Positions 50,301-60,472 are shown, counted from the stretch's first letter. The stretch is 64,000 bases of DNA from an uncultured Verrucomicrobiae bacterium (GCA_963837955.1 CAWIPH010000002.1:4256001-4320000), one strand, 5' to 3'. The notes: a model not told the origin generated them from the sequence alone. A program made the numbers and translations.

Positions 50301-50503
50301 TCCAGAGGCGTGGCAACTGTGTTTGCCATCGTCTCCGGACTAGCGCCAGGGTAGCTTACGCTGACCTGAATGACCGGGTAATCCACCGCCGGTAAGTCGT
50401 TCACCGCGAGTTGTCGGAATACCTGTATGCCGAAAAGCGTGATACTTATCGTCAGAAGCAGCGTCATGATCGGACGCCGGATGCAAAGCTCGGAAACGTT
50501 CAT
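47360..50503 (-). CDS. RND efflux permease (HAE1, MdtB/C-like)
   Basis: CIRRPI, GFLVDDAIV, GIVKKNGIM, RFRPIIMTT. Confidence 0.95.
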   Translation of the reverse strand: MNVSELCIRRPIMTLLLTISITLFGIQVFRQLAVNDLPAVDYPVIQVSVSYPGASPETMANTVATPLEKQFLQIPGLDLVTSTSQTSQSTLVLQFSLDKSLGDAATDVQAAISRAQGFLPTDLPQPPSFTKTNPNDQPIFYIALVSDTLTEGTLFDYGNTQLGQQIAIVNGVSQVNVYGARSAIRIKVDVNKLSSLGLTMTDVTNSVGQSTAYQGAGQLDGKYRTYLLRPNGQRTTPAEYQNVIIARPNGRPVYLKDVATVVQSVEDERINRNFWSRQYGEAGAEVVLAVSRQAGANAVEVAQRIKDLMPQFQSQLPGSVKMIPLYDRSKTILANAEDVEHTLLIAFALVVIVIFVFLGRAADTLIPVVALPLSMLITFLVMGALNFSLNNLTLMALTLAIGFLVDDAIVFLENTVRLMESGQRPLEAAINSAKQITFTIIAMTVSLAVVFLPLVMVTGIIGRIFREFSVTIIVSIFASGIVSITLTPMMCSRILGDRGEHDQTWMERNVSRFIKRISAAYGRSLYFFLHHRWISALTWVGCLLLTVWVFDLLPKTFIPAGDSSFIRGVILGPEGISPARFREIQAQVDQVLRRNSAVDETFTLSGFSRGFSSNQMLALAFLKDSSQRAPISTVVGQLIQQLGQIPGIIPLLRPDPVLQISTGATRNNQGQYAFAISGVDGKQVYAAATQMIAKCRQFAGFQSVSSDLFASTPLIGINLNDLQLQSYGLNNVDVERLLKNAYSQNYTYLIKTPIDQYQVIVETDDKQRSDPTDLNELYYKPSGGAGQIIPNETVTDPQASIGMLSVNHLNQFPAVTLYFNLKPGVSAGEATKFITQTAAEILPPTIRGALQGEAKTFNDTFAQLGVLLLVAVFIMYVILGILYESWFHPITVLSSLPVAAVGGLLTLVLFRSELSLYSYIGMFMLIGIVKKNGIMMVDFAVEQQRTGKNSVEAVHEASVERFRPIIMTTLAALMGALPIALGFGADGASRRPLGLILVGGLIVSQLITLYVTPAIYLYFEDLQEWMDRQYARIKNRQKRKPQLIEAH

Positions 50504-51693
50504 AGAGCGGGCGTAGCAGACGCATCCGCCTTGCTATCCGAATCTCCGGAATTTTTGCTCTGTGTCAGACCGCCGGCAGAAGGGGTCGCGCCTGGAGCAT
50601 TAGATTGATAGGGAGAAGGGTTAACTTTTGCCCCGTTTCCGATGGTCAGCTGTCCTTCCACGACGACTGTTTCGTCGGCCTTCAAACCGTCGGCTACGAC
50701 CACTAAGTCCCGGGAGCGGACCCCTTGAGTTACGAGCCTCTGTTCCACCGTGTTGTCTGGTTTAACGACAAACAAATAGGCTCCTTTGCCGCCCAACTGG
50801 ACCGTCTGGCTAGGTACTACGGTAGCTCCTTTCAGAATTTGTAGCGTTAAAGCGACCTTCACATATTGTCCCGGCCATAAGTAGTGATCGCTGTTCGGGA
50901 TCGTCGCTCGCAACAAGACGGTCCCTGCCTGCGTTGAAACAGCGTTATCAAGGAAAGTCAGTGTCCCCGATTTTGTGATATCCGGCTGGGTAGGAGATAC
51001 CACGTCGACGTTGAGCTGGTTGCCAGGCATGTTTTCCCGTAACCGAGCCAACTCGTTTTCTGAAATGTTGAAATCGACGTAAATCGGATCCTGGCGCTGA
51101 ATATTGACTAAGCTGACCCCTCCGGTGCTCACGTAATTTCCAGGATCCACGAGTCTGCGACCAGTCCGTCCGTCAACCGGAGAACTCACGTAGCAGTATT
51201 CCAAGTTTAGTTTCGCTCGGTCAATCGATGCCTGGTCTCTGCCAACCGCTCCTTGATAGTTTTTTACATTCGCATTGTCGGTATCAATTTGTTGCTCGGA
51301 AACGAAATGCTGCGTACCGATCTTTTCGTCACGCCGCAGATTATTCTGATTGAGGTCCAGTTGGGCGGAATCGGATTGCAGTTGCGCCTGCGCCTGCTCC
51401 AAATCCGCTTGAAACGGCCGAGGATCGATCACAAAAAGCAAATCCCCCTTTTTCACATCCTGCCCTTCGGAAAAGTGGGCTTCGGTTATTCTTCCGCTCA
51501 CTTGCGGTTTCACGTCCACCGATTCTGGAGAAGTAATCCGCCCAAATTCGTAAAGCTGCACGGGAACGTCTTTACTGAACGCCTTCGTGACTAAAACATT
51601 TTTTGCGTCCGGCTGAGTGGAGTTTTGAGAACCGGACGGGCCACAGGAAGAGAGGACGAACAAAATCGGAAGGACAATCCAAGTTCGGCACAT
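50500..51693 (-). CDS. RND periplasmic adaptor (membrane fusion lipoprotein)
   Basis: Lipobox LSSC, PQVSGRI, SPVDGRTG, WPGQYV. Confidence 0.93.
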   Translation of the reverse strand: MCRTWIVLPILFVLSSCGPSGSQNSTQPDAKNVLVTKAFSKDVPVQLYEFGRITSPESVDVKPQVSGRITEAHFSEGQDVKKGDLLFVIDPRPFQADLEQAQAQLQSDSAQLDLNQNNLRRDEKIGTQHFVSEQQIDTDNANVKNYQGAVGRDQASIDRAKLNLEYCYVSSPVDGRTGRRLVDPGNYVSTGGVSLVNIQRQDPIYVDFNISENELARLRENMPGNQLNVDVVSPTQPDITKSGTLTFLDNAVSTQAGTVLLRATIPNSDHYLWPGQYVKVALTLQILKGATVVPSQTVQLGGKGAYLFVVKPDNTVEQRLVTQGVRSRDLVVVADGLKADETVVVEGQLTIGNGAKVNPSPYQSNAPGATPSAGGLTQSKNSGDSDSKADASATPAL

Positions 51694-52025
51694 AAAGGGA
51701 GGGGTTCTAGTGCACTAAATGCTACGGCTAATCGTGCGGTTTACCTACTCGTTCATGCGTTTCTCCGCCTGAGCCGCCCAACGGCCGCGCCACCAGAGTT
51801 TAATCAGAGCGCGCCTTCAGCGCAAAAACAGAGTTATCACCCCCGGAAAACGCGTCCGCCAACCAACACATGCTCGAGTCGAAGACCTGCGTCATCGCAT
51901 CGTGAGCCCCGCCATAAGCCGTTTCCATGCCAGGGGCAACGAGGCGCGGCTCGCAAACTTTACAGAAACCCAGCGTCGTTGCTTGAACGGCTTCCCTCCG
52001 ATCGCCGGGTTTTACCCGATTAATA

Positions 52026-52829
52026 TCACTTCCCAACGCTCGGTCCCGAGGAATTCGTAAGAGCCATGGCCAGACGCCCAGCCCGTCTACGAACCGCGAG
52101 CGACGCGCCGAATGCTTCGGTCATGAATTTGGTGACCACCACCTGTTTCACGGGACCTTCCACCAAGACGCGCCCTTCTCGCAGCAAGAGCGCACTCGAG
52201 AAACAAGGTAGAATTTCTTCCACATGATGGGTTACAAGGACCAAGTTTGGCGTCGTTTCCGAGGCTGCTAGACGAGATAGGAATTCCAGAAAACGCTCTC
52301 GGGCCACCGGATCGAGACCGGCGCACGGCTCATCCAGAATTAGGATCTTGCATTTGGCCATGAGTGCTCGGCCGATCAATGTTCGCTGCCGCTCTCCTTG
52401 AGAAAGAAATCCCCACGGTCGGTCAGCCAACCTCCCACATTCGACTTGCTCCAACAGTTGCCAAGCTTCCTCTCGTTCCGCGCCTTTGGCCGGGTGCCAG
52501 GAATTGATTTCGGCTTGGCGTCCGCTGGCGACGATCTCGATAGCGACCTGGTCGTCTTCAATCATCTGGCGCACGCTAGAGCTGACCAGTCCAACTTCCT
52601 TGCGCAGCTCTCGCCAGTCGGTTTTGCCGTATTGTTTTCCCAGGACCTGAATTGTGCCGGCCGACGGCGTGACGTACCCGGTAATACAGCTCAACAACGT
52701 GGTTTTGCCAGAACCATTCGCGCCCAGAATTACCCAGTTTTCCCCAGTTTGAACCTGCCAGTCTATATCTTGAAGAATTCGGGTTTTGCCGCGGCGCACC
52801 TCAAGATGTTCAATAGAGACGATCGACAT
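52026..52829 (-). CDS. ABC transporter ATP-binding protein (ModF/YlmA-like)
   Basis: GANGSGKT, LSQGE, LDEPCAGLD, VTHH. Confidence 0.9.
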   Translation of the reverse strand: MSIVSIEHLEVRRGKTRILQDIDWQVQTGENWVILGANGSGKTTLLSCITGYVTPSAGTIQVLGKQYGKTDWRELRKEVGLVSSSVRQMIEDDQVAIEIVASGRQAEINSWHPAKGAEREEAWQLLEQVECGRLADRPWGFLSQGERQRTLIGRALMAKCKILILDEPCAGLDPVARERFLEFLSRLAASETTPNLVLVTHHVEEILPCFSSALLLREGRVLVEGPVKQVVVTKFMTEAFGASLAVRRRAGRLAMALTNSSGPSVGK

Positions 52830-52872
52830 TCGATTGGCGGGACGGTGAGTTTCTGCCCTACGCCGCGGCTAC

Positions 52873-53466
52873 TCAACCAAACTGACAATCCAATGCAAGC
52901 GCTTGCTTCAAAAGCCCCAGATACTTCGCTCTGGAAATTTCTACGGCGCCGAATAACCGGAGATGCGGAGTGATATACTGCGTGTCTAGCAATCTAAACT
53001 CTCTCGCACGCAGCCGCTCGACTAAAGCAACCAAAGCGACCTTGGAAGCATCGGTTTCCCGATGAAACATCGATTCTCCGAAAAAGGCTCCGCAAACGCT
53101 GACGCCGTACAGTCCGCCAACCAACTGATCGTCCCGCCAAGTCTCCACCGAATGCGCAAACCCAAGCTCGTGAAGATTCAAATAACTTCGCACGATCTCC
53201 GGGCTGATCCAGGTTTCCCTTCGCTCGCCGCAAGCACGAATGACCGACTCAAATGCCGTATTAATTCGCACTTCAAACGTGTTTTTCCGGAGGCTCCGCT
53301 TCAGCCCATGCGGAACATGAAACGAATCGAGTGGTATGATTCCGCGTGGGTCCGGAGAAAACCAGGCAATCTCACCGTGTTCCACCGCCATCGGAAAGAT
53401 CCCGCGACAATAAGCCTCAAGCAGCAATGAAGCCGGAATAATCTGAGATCGCTTTCGCTGGCGCAC
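52873..53466 (-). CDS. aat: Leucyl/phenylalanyl-tRNA--protein transferase
   Basis: AYCRGIFPM, WFSPDPR, AHSVE, FFGESMF, DTQ. Confidence 0.94.
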   Translation of the reverse strand: MRQRKRSQIIPASLLLEAYCRGIFPMAVEHGEIAWFSPDPRGIIPLDSFHVPHGLKRSLRKNTFEVRINTAFESVIRACGERRETWISPEIVRSYLNLHELGFAHSVETWRDDQLVGGLYGVSVCGAFFGESMFHRETDASKVALVALVERLRAREFRLLDTQYITPHLRLFGAVEISRAKYLGLLKQALALDCQFG

Positions 53467-53653
53467 GACTTCCTAAAATACCGTCTAGAGGTGATTTTTT
53501 CCACGCAATCATAGGACGGAGAATCGTTCCGCTTAAGGATGCGATGACAGAAGCCCAGACTTCAGTGCCGGAGAGTAGAAGAAGGGACCCGGCCGGACAA
53601 TCGAACATTTCCTACCCTGATCGTACTGGAGAAAAATTGTTGCCAATTTCTAT

Positions 53654-53781
53654 CGTCCCCTGGCAGGACGGGCTCTTCTGACTTACACCAAACCCAGCAA
53701 TAATTGCTGGGTTATTTTCACGGTTTCCGTAGCGGGACGGCGCACCCAAATTCCTTTGCGATCTTTGCGTTCTTTTGCGGC
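53654..53781. repeat. Palindrome cluster plus nonamer repeats upstream of guaA
   Basis: cgtcc..ggacg; perfect aacccagcaat-a-attgctgggtt (53691-53713); ctttgcg x3. Confidence 0.65.
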
Positions 53782-53820
53782 CAATTTCCTAGTTTCGTGC
53801 CATACTGACCGCTTCTCGAT

Positions 53821-55401
53821 ATGAGTTCCGGCCAAGTTTTTTCCCATTCTCGAATCGCCATTCTGGATTTCGGATCTCAGTACACCCAGGTCATTGCCCG
53901 ACGGGTTCGTGAAAGCCGCGTCTATTCAGAAATTCTGCCACATCAGTCTCCCGCAAAGCGCCTCAGTACGGGTGGTTTTGCCGGAGTCATCCTTTCGGGT
54001 GGCCCGGCGAGTGTTTTTTCTCCCGGTGCGCCTCAGCTGGACCCGGCAATCTTCTCGCTAGGAATTCCAATTCTCGGCATTTGTTACGGTGTCCATCTCA
54101 TGGCCTTCCACCTTGGCGGATCGGTCGAATTTTCCGGTCGTCGGGAATACGGGGCCGGAATTATTAAGATCGTTAGCAGATCCGATCTCTTCCAAAGTTT
54201 GCCTAACGAATTTCAAGTCTGGAACAGTCACGGAGACAAGGTGACCTCGCTTCCGCCCGGATTTCATACCGTCGGGACCACCGAAAATTCTCCTTACGCC
54301 GCCGTGGAAGATGCAGGTAGGCGATTATTTGGAATACAGTTTCACCCGGAAGTTGCTCATACTCCACTCGGCAAGGAAGTGCTCGAAAACTTTCTGTATC
54401 GGATTTGCGGCTGCAAACCGGATTGGACGATGGGATCGTTTATCGAAGAGAGCTGCCGCGAAATCCGCCAGAAAGTGCAAGACGACAAGGTGGTACTCGG
54501 TCTCTCCGGCGGTGTCGATTCGTCCGTAGCGGCTGCTTTGATCCACCGCGCGATTGGCGACCAGTTAACCTGCATTTTCGTTAACAACGGCCTACTCCGA
54601 GCGCGGGAGGCCGAGTCGGTTCAAAAGTTTTTCGGAGAAAACTTTCGCATACGTTTGAAATACGTCGACGCAAGCCGCCGTTTCCTCGACCGGTTAACTG
54701 GGATCACCGACCCTGAGCAAAAACGGAAGATTATCGGCGAAGAATTCATTCGGGTGTTCGAAGCAACTACCCAAGAACTTACGGCCGAGAACGAGCAAGG
54801 CCATCGGTACCGATATCTTGCCCAAGGAACACTTTACCCGGATGTGATTGAAAGTGTTGCCATCGACGGCAATCCAGCCGCCGTGATCAAGAGCCACCAC
54901 AACGTAGGTGGATTGCCGGAGAAAATGCATTTCGACCTGCTCGAGCCTTTGCGCCAACTCTTCAAAGATGAAGTGCGTCAGGTCGGGCTTGAATTGGAGT
55001 TGCCAAAGGAGATCGTTTTTCGCCAACCCTTTCCAGGCCCCGGGCTCGCGGTGCGAGTGCTGGGCGAGGTTACCGAGGAACGGCTCGCAATCCTGCGACA
55101 AGCCGATGAGATCGTGGTCAGCGAGATGAAGGCCGCGGACTGGTACTACAAGGTATGGCAATCATTTGCAGTCCTTTTGCCGGTTCGGTCGGTGGGCGTC
55201 ATGGGCGACCAGCGTACCTACGAAAACACGATTGCTCTTCGGATCGTCGAGAGTCTAGACGGCATGACCGCCGATTGGGTCCGGATACCGTTTGAAATCC
55301 TAGCTCGGATCTCCAGTCGGATTAGCAACGAGGTAACTGGGGTAAATCGTGTCTGTTACGATATCTCCAGCAAACCGCCGAGCACCATCGAGTGGGAGTG
55401 A
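53821..55401 (+). CDS. guaA: GMP synthase (glutamine-hydrolysing)
   Basis: [30 protein letters not shown]. Confidence 0.97.
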   Translation: MSSGQVFSHSRIAILDFGSQYTQVIARRVRESRVYSEILPHQSPAKRLSTGGFAGVILSGGPASVFSPGAPQLDPAIFSLGIPILGICYGVHLMAFHLGGSVEFSGRREYGAGIIKIVSRSDLFQSLPNEFQVWNSHGDKVTSLPPGFHTVGTTENSPYAAVEDAGRRLFGIQFHPEVAHTPLGKEVLENFLYRICGCKPDWTMGSFIEESCREIRQKVQDDKVVLGLSGGVDSSVAAALIHRAIGDQLTCIFVNNGLLRAREAESVQKFFGENFRIRLKYVDASRRFLDRLTGITDPEQKRKIIGEEFIRVFEATTQELTAENEQGHRYRYLAQGTLYPDVIESVAIDGNPAAVIKSHHNVGGLPEKMHFDLLEPLRQLFKDEVRQVGLELELPKEIVFRQPFPGPGLAVRVLGEVTEERLAILRQADEIVVSEMKAADWYYKVWQSFAVLLPVRSVGVMGDQRTYENTIALRIVESLDGMTADWVRIPFEILARISSRISNEVTGVNRVCYDISSKPPSTIEWE

Positions 55402-55410
55402 GCGGGCCGA

Positions 55411-55559
55411 GTAAGCGGCAAACGGTAAACGGTAAGCAGTAAGGAGGGAGCCGGACGCCAGGACCGGATACGCCGAAGGCGTTAAAGGACTCAGCCCGGG
55501 GTGGAGGCTTTGCGCAACCCCGGGTAACCCCAAAAATGCGCGTCCGCTCTGAAAGAGCG
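55411..55559. repeat. Heptamer array followed by a three-hairpin REP-like cassette
   Basis: GTAAACG-like x5; acgccgaaggcgt; cccgggg..ccccggg; cgctctgaaagagcg. Confidence 0.7.
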
Positions 55560-55703
55560 TAAGCCCCGATTACGAGTTCTTAGCGACGCTCACTGTCGGC
55601 CGCCTAGCGGCTCGCAATAGTTCCCCTGGACACAGGGCGGAGATCAAGCGACCAATCGTGCTTGGTCTTCTAGCTTCTATATTCTAAATTCCGGATCCCT
55701 CCC

Positions 55704-56210
55704 ATGCGCCGCGCTATTTACCCTGGAAGTTTCGACCCCATTACCAATGGACACCTAGACGTCATCCAGCGAGCTACTCATCTGTTCGATGAGCTTGTAG
55801 TGGCCGTCGCGCTGAACGACCAAAAACATAAGTCATTTCTATTCAGCCTGGAGGAGCGCTTCTCGATCCTGCAAGAAGTTTGCCAGGAAATTCCCAGCGT
55901 TCGAATCGCGAAACTGGAGGGTCTACTAGTCGATTTCGCTCGTGATCACGGCGCGTCGGCCATCGTGCGGGGAATTCGCGCCGTTTCTGATTTTGAGTTC
56001 GAGTTTCAAATGGCGTTGATGAATCGCAAGATGGAGCCAACCATCGAAACGATTTTTCTAATGCCCAAAGAGGACTATTCCTATCTTAGCTCCCGCATCG
56101 TGAAAGAAATAGCGAGGCTCGGTGGCGATGTTTCCGCCTTTGTGCCAGCCTGTGTGGTCCCGGCTCTTCTTCGTCGTTTTTCTGATCCTGACTGCGCCGA
56201 ATCGTCATAG
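55704..56210 (+). CDS. coaD: Phosphopantetheine adenylyltransferase
   Basis: YPGSFDPITNGH, RGIR..SDFE.E, SS..VKE. Confidence 0.96.
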   Translation: MRRAIYPGSFDPITNGHLDVIQRATHLFDELVVAVALNDQKHKSFLFSLEERFSILQEVCQEIPSVRIAKLEGLLVDFARDHGASAIVRGIRAVSDFEFEFQMALMNRKMEPTIETIFLMPKEDYSYLSSRIVKEIARLGGDVSAFVPACVVPALLRRFSDPDCAESS

Positions 56211-56353
56211 CGAAGTCCCCTCAGAGTTATTCTCCGTCCTCCAATCGGATTGGAAATGCTTTTGGATTGATCTTAGACTAAAGGAAGGCAAATCCTCTGG
56301 CATCCCCAGAAGCGTTCTTTTTTGAAGCCCAGCGAACAAGGGAGGAGTAGATC

Positions 56354-56815
56354 ATGAAAATTCATTTGCAGCAGATCCCGGAAAGCGGAGTTCACCTAGA
56401 AGGTCAGGAACCGGGCGATATCCTCGAACTGAATGATCCCGCAATCCTGCGGCTCCAAAATGTGGCCTATGCGGTCTCTGTTCATCTCGAGAAAAATGAC
56501 GTTCTGGTGACAGGTCAGCTTTCTATCGAACTTGAACTCGAGTGCGTCAGCTGCCTTCGTCCATTCCACTATTTATTGAAGGTGCCAGATTTTGTCTATC
56601 AGACAGCGACGGCCGGAAGTGATACCATCGACTTGACGCCGGCCATGAGGGAGGATATTCTCCTCGCCCTTCCTTCGCATCCACGATGCGACTGGGACGG
56701 ACATTCGGTGTGTCCAGGTCTCCGGGTTGAGAAGGGAACCTCGATCGAAAGTATTCCTGAAGCTCCGAACGCTTGGGATGCTCTAGACGAACTAAATTTG
56801 AAAAAACGAAGCTAA
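56354..56815 (+). CDS. yceD: YceD/DUF177 family protein
   Basis: ECVSCL, IDL...REDILLALP...C..CPG; directly upstream of rpmF. Confidence 0.85.
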   Translation: MKIHLQQIPESGVHLEGQEPGDILELNDPAILRLQNVAYAVSVHLEKNDVLVTGQLSIELELECVSCLRPFHYLLKVPDFVYQTATAGSDTIDLTPAMREDILLALPSHPRCDWDGHSVCPGLRVEKGTSIESIPEAPNAWDALDELNLKKRS

Positions 56816-56820
56816 AGATC

Positions 56821-57003
56821 ATGGGCGTCCCGAAAAGAAAAACCTCGAAGATGCGTTTGCGTACGCGCAAAGCGGCAAACCGCTGGCATGCGCCGCAACT
56901 CACCAAATGTCCTCAGTGCGGCAGCCGAGTCCGCGGGCACATTGCTTGTCCCTCCTGCGGTTACTATCGCGGCCGCCAAGTTCTGTCAGTTGAAGTCGCT
57001 TGA
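56821..57003 (+). CDS. rpmF: 50S ribosomal protein L32 (zinc-binding form)
   Basis: MGVPKRKTSK, CPQC, CPSCGYY. Confidence 0.96.
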   Translation: MGVPKRKTSKMRLRTRKAANRWHAPQLTKCPQCGSRVRGHIACPSCGYYRGRQVLSVEVA

Positions 57004-57348
57004 GGTCCGGATTCGCGTCAGCTAGCGCGATGAAGAGCCGATGATTCGGAGTGGCGTTGGTTCCGACTTCGCCAGTTTGTTTGCGATTATCTAAGGATTG
57101 GAAGAGCCTTCGACGGGACATCTGGGGGACCGGGTATGGCCCATCGTTCAGCCAGGGATCGAGGCCTTGGATTCGCCGGCTCTTTTCGATCCTGGGTTAT
57201 TCCCGGAAGCCGCCAGCAGCTCTCCTCCGTGCGTCTTCCCTCGGTCCGTCGCAGATCCACGTTCCAATTTCCAGTTGATACCGAGTTTGTCTTGCATTAA
57301 TCACCCGTTCAGGCTCTTTACCCGGCCTTGAGACGAATTTTGCGCGCT

Positions 57349-58380
57349 ATGAGGATCGCTTTAGATGCCATGGGCGGTGACTTTGCCCCAAAAAATAACG
57401 TCGAAGGAGCAGTTCTTGCTTTAAAGGAATATCCGCACGTCGAAAAACTTTTCCTGGTTGGAGATGCTATGGCCATCGGGAACGAACTGAAGCGGATCGG
57501 ATTTCAGGACGATCGAATCGAAATTTTCCACGCTTCGCAGGTTGTCGAGATGAACGATTCGGCAGCTAAAGCCGTTCGCCAGAAAAAGGACTCTTCAATT
57601 TCACGCTCGATCGATTTGGTGAAGAACGGTTCGGCGCATGCGATGGTATCCGCCGGCCACACCGGTGCAGCAGTTGCGGCTTCTGTATTAAAGCTCAGAA
57701 CGTTGACCGGCATTGAGCGTCCCGCCGTAGCCTGTTTGCTCCCAACCGAGAAAGGCGTGTTCGTATTGTGCGACGCCGGAGCCAATATCGATTCGTCTCC
57801 CGAGAACTTGCTACAGTTTGGGATTATGGGCGCCGTCTTTGCCGAACAGGTACTCGGGTTCAAGCGCCCGACCGTTGGGCTTCTCTCCATTGGGGAAGAA
57901 GACGTCAAAGGGAACGATGCGACCAAGGAGGCTTTTAAGCTCTTGAAGTCCGCCAACCTTAATTTCCGCGGCAATGTCGAAGGCCATGACCTGTATGAGG
58001 ATGGAGCAGAAGTCGTCGTGTGCGATGGCTTTGTTGGCAATATCGTCCTGAAGACTTCTGAGTCGATTGCCTACGCGATTTTTGGCTGGTTGCGGCGAGA
58101 ACTAGCCAGAACTTTCGTGCGGAAGCTTGGAGCCCAGTTAGCCCGCGGAGCTTTCCGAACCATCTACAAGAAGACCAATGCGGAGGAATACGGTGGCATG
58201 CCGCTCCTCGGCGTGAACGGAACTTGTATTATCGCTCATGGATCCAGCTCACCTGTGGCCATCAAAAACGCGATCCGCGTCGCCGCTGAGTCGATTCAAC
58301 ACGATTTGAATCCGCACATCATTCGCGAAATCCAAGCTTATAATGACAAGTTCGCCACCGCCGCCTCGACGGTCCAGTAA
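57349..58380 (+). CDS. plsX: Phosphate acyltransferase
   Basis: IALDAMGGD, SAGHTGA, DAGAN, DGFVGN..LK, HGSS. Confidence 0.96.
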   Translation: MRIALDAMGGDFAPKNNVEGAVLALKEYPHVEKLFLVGDAMAIGNELKRIGFQDDRIEIFHASQVVEMNDSAAKAVRQKKDSSISRSIDLVKNGSAHAMVSAGHTGAAVAASVLKLRTLTGIERPAVACLLPTEKGVFVLCDAGANIDSSPENLLQFGIMGAVFAEQVLGFKRPTVGLLSIGEEDVKGNDATKEAFKLLKSANLNFRGNVEGHDLYEDGAEVVVCDGFVGNIVLKTSESIAYAIFGWLRRELARTFVRKLGAQLARGAFRTIYKKTNAEEYGGMPLLGVNGTCIIAHGSSSPVAIKNAIRVAAESIQHDLNPHIIREIQAYNDKFATAASTVQ

Positions 58381-59365
58381 GCCACGCCGGACCGTCTCGA
58401 TCATCGGTACAGGTAGCTACGCGCCTGCCCGGGTGTTAACCAATCAGGAGTTGGAGAAAATGGTCGATACGACCGATGAGTGGATCCGAACTCGGACTGG
58501 CATTTCCGAGCGACGCATTGCGGCTGAGGGAGAATGTACGAGCGATATGGCCGTCCGGGCTGCTCGCGCGGCTATGGAACAAGCCGAAGTCCATCCGGAA
58601 GAGATCGATCTCATTATCGTCGCTACGGTGACCCCTGATACGTTTTTCCCGGCTACGGCTTGCTGGGTTCAGAAGAAATTAGGCGCATTGAATGCAGCCT
58701 GTTTCGATGTGTCCGCTGCTTGTTCCGGGTTTTTATATTCTTTGGAGATCGCCCAGCAATTTATCTCCACCCACGTTTACAATACCGTCTTGATCGTCGG
58801 AGCGGACAAGCTCAGCGCAATTACGGATTGGACCGACCGTAATAGTTGCGTACTTTTCGGTGACGGCGCCGGGGCGGCCATCCTTCGAAATCGTCCCGAT
58901 TCCCACGGAGTTATTTCCACAAACATGGGTAGCGACGGGTCGTTTACCGACATCCTGATGATGCCGGGCGGCGGAACCCGCTGCCCAATCACCAAAGAGA
59001 ACGTCGACCAGCGTCTTAACACTATCAAGATGATCGGCAAGGAAGTCTATAAACAGGCCGTGACTTCCATGTTCAACGCCGCCAACAAGGTTTTGGACGA
59101 CGCGGGTCTCCGCTACGAAGACATTGCCTGCGTCATTCCCCATCAGGCAAACCTTCGGATAATCGAGGCGATCGCGGAGCGAATGGGACTTCCGATGGAG
59201 AAGTTTTATGTTAACCTCGATCGGTTCGGCAACACTTCGGCTGCCGCGGTCGCGATGGCTCTCGACGAAGCCCATCGTACCGGCCGGATTCGGGTTGGCG
59301 ACTATATTCTCCTAGTCGTCTTCGGTGGTGGTCTCACCTGGGCTAGTTCCGTGATTCAGTGGTGA
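58343..59365 (+). CDS. fabH: Beta-ketoacyl-ACP synthase III
   Basis: AACSGF, PHQAN, GNTSAA. Confidence 0.96.
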   Translation: MTSSPPPPRRSSKPRRTVSIIGTGSYAPARVLTNQELEKMVDTTDEWIRTRTGISERRIAAEGECTSDMAVRAARAAMEQAEVHPEEIDLIIVATVTPDTFFPATACWVQKKLGALNAACFDVSAACSGFLYSLEIAQQFISTHVYNTVLIVGADKLSAITDWTDRNSCVLFGDGAGAAILRNRPDSHGVISTNMGSDGSFTDILMMPGGGTRCPITKENVDQRLNTIKMIGKEVYKQAVTSMFNAANKVLDDAGLRYEDIACVIPHQANLRIIEAIAERMGLPMEKFYVNLDRFGNTSAAAVAMALDEAHRTGRIRVGDYILLVVFGGGLTWASSVIQW

Positions 59366-59617
59366 GGCGGTTTAGCGTCCGCAGTTCGTAGTCGCGCGTT
59401 TTCCATAGTCGAAAAACTACGACGTTCGCCGCGAGAGGCTGGGCGGTCTTGTTCGGCATTTTACTTTTGGCCACCGGTTTGACCGATGACCTGCAAAACG
59501 CCAGGATGGCTGAGCTTACCCTTCACCGCATTGCCGAAGGGCCCGTAATAGAGCCAAAGGGAAACCCTCTAGACAAGTGACCAGCAACAGCGAACCGTGA
59601 ACGGCGAACCGCCAACC

Positions 59618-60472
59618 GTGAACACGTTAATCGACACCCATGCACATTTAGACTTTCCGGAACTTGTGCCTGATCTTGACGACGTCGTCAAAAGAGCGGC
59701 AGCTGCGAACGTTACGCGTATCATCGCCATTGGAACGACAGTGGCGTCCAGCCGGGAAGCCGTCCGAATCGCGACCCGATATCCCGGCGTCTATGCCACA
59801 GTCGGGATTCATCCGACTCATGCCCTAGAAGTCTCGGAGGACTTCATCGATGAACTTCGAGAGCTAGCCGCCCAACCGAAGGTGGTTGCGATCGGCGAAA
59901 TTGGCTTGGACTATTTTCATCTCCCGAGCCGCGCCGAAAAAGAGGACGTGATTCAAACCGCCTATCGCGCACTTTCCGCCGGTTCGATCGAACTGTTGCT
60001 CCGCGACCAATCGGAAAAAGCGGCCCAAGCAGTGGTTTTCCAGCAACAGCTGGAGTTGGCGGAAAGTTTGGATCTCCCTGTGGTAATTCACCAACGTGAT
60101 TCCTTCGAGGATACGCTCTCTGCTGTCCAGGAGTATCCGGTATCCGCCGTGTTTCATTGTTTCAACGCCAGTCCTGCCCAGGCACTCGATTTGGTCCAAC
60201 AAGGTTATTATATCTCGTTCACCGGTGTCGTGACGTTCAAAAAAGCCGCCGAAGTGCGTGACGCTGCCGCCGCGATCTCCATCGATCGCCTGATGGTAGA
60301 AACCGACGCGCCTTATCTTGCGCCTGTTCCATACCGTGGAAAACGGTGCGAGCCCGCTTATGTGCGAGAGACCGCACAAGCAATCGCCCAAGCCCGAGGC
60401 GTTCCATTCGAGTCGTTAGCGGAAGCGACAACCCGGAACGCATGTCGTTTCTTCAGGCTTCCGGTCGAATAA
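59618..60472 (+). CDS. tatD: TatD family hydrolase
   Basis: DTHAH, GIHP, GEIGLD, HQR, HCF, ETDAPY; start 59618 or 59597. Confidence 0.92.
   Translation: MNTLIDTHAHLDFPELVPDLDDVVKRAAAANVTRIIAIGTTVASSREAVRIATRYPGVYATVGIHPTHALEVSEDFIDELRELAAQPKVVAIGEIGLDYFHLPSRAEKEDVIQTAYRALSAGSIELLLRDQSEKAAQAVVFQQQLELAESLDLPVVIHQRDSFEDTLSAVQEYPVSAVFHCFNASPAQALDLVQQGYYISFTGVVTFKKAAEVRDAAAAISIDRLMVETDAPYLAPVPYRGKRCEPAYVRETAQAIAQARGVPFESLAEATTRNACRFFRLPVE

Noticed and set aside
53467..53820. Purine riboswitch upstream of guaA
   Set aside because: No purine aptamer consensus; the hairpins resemble dispersed palindromic repeats
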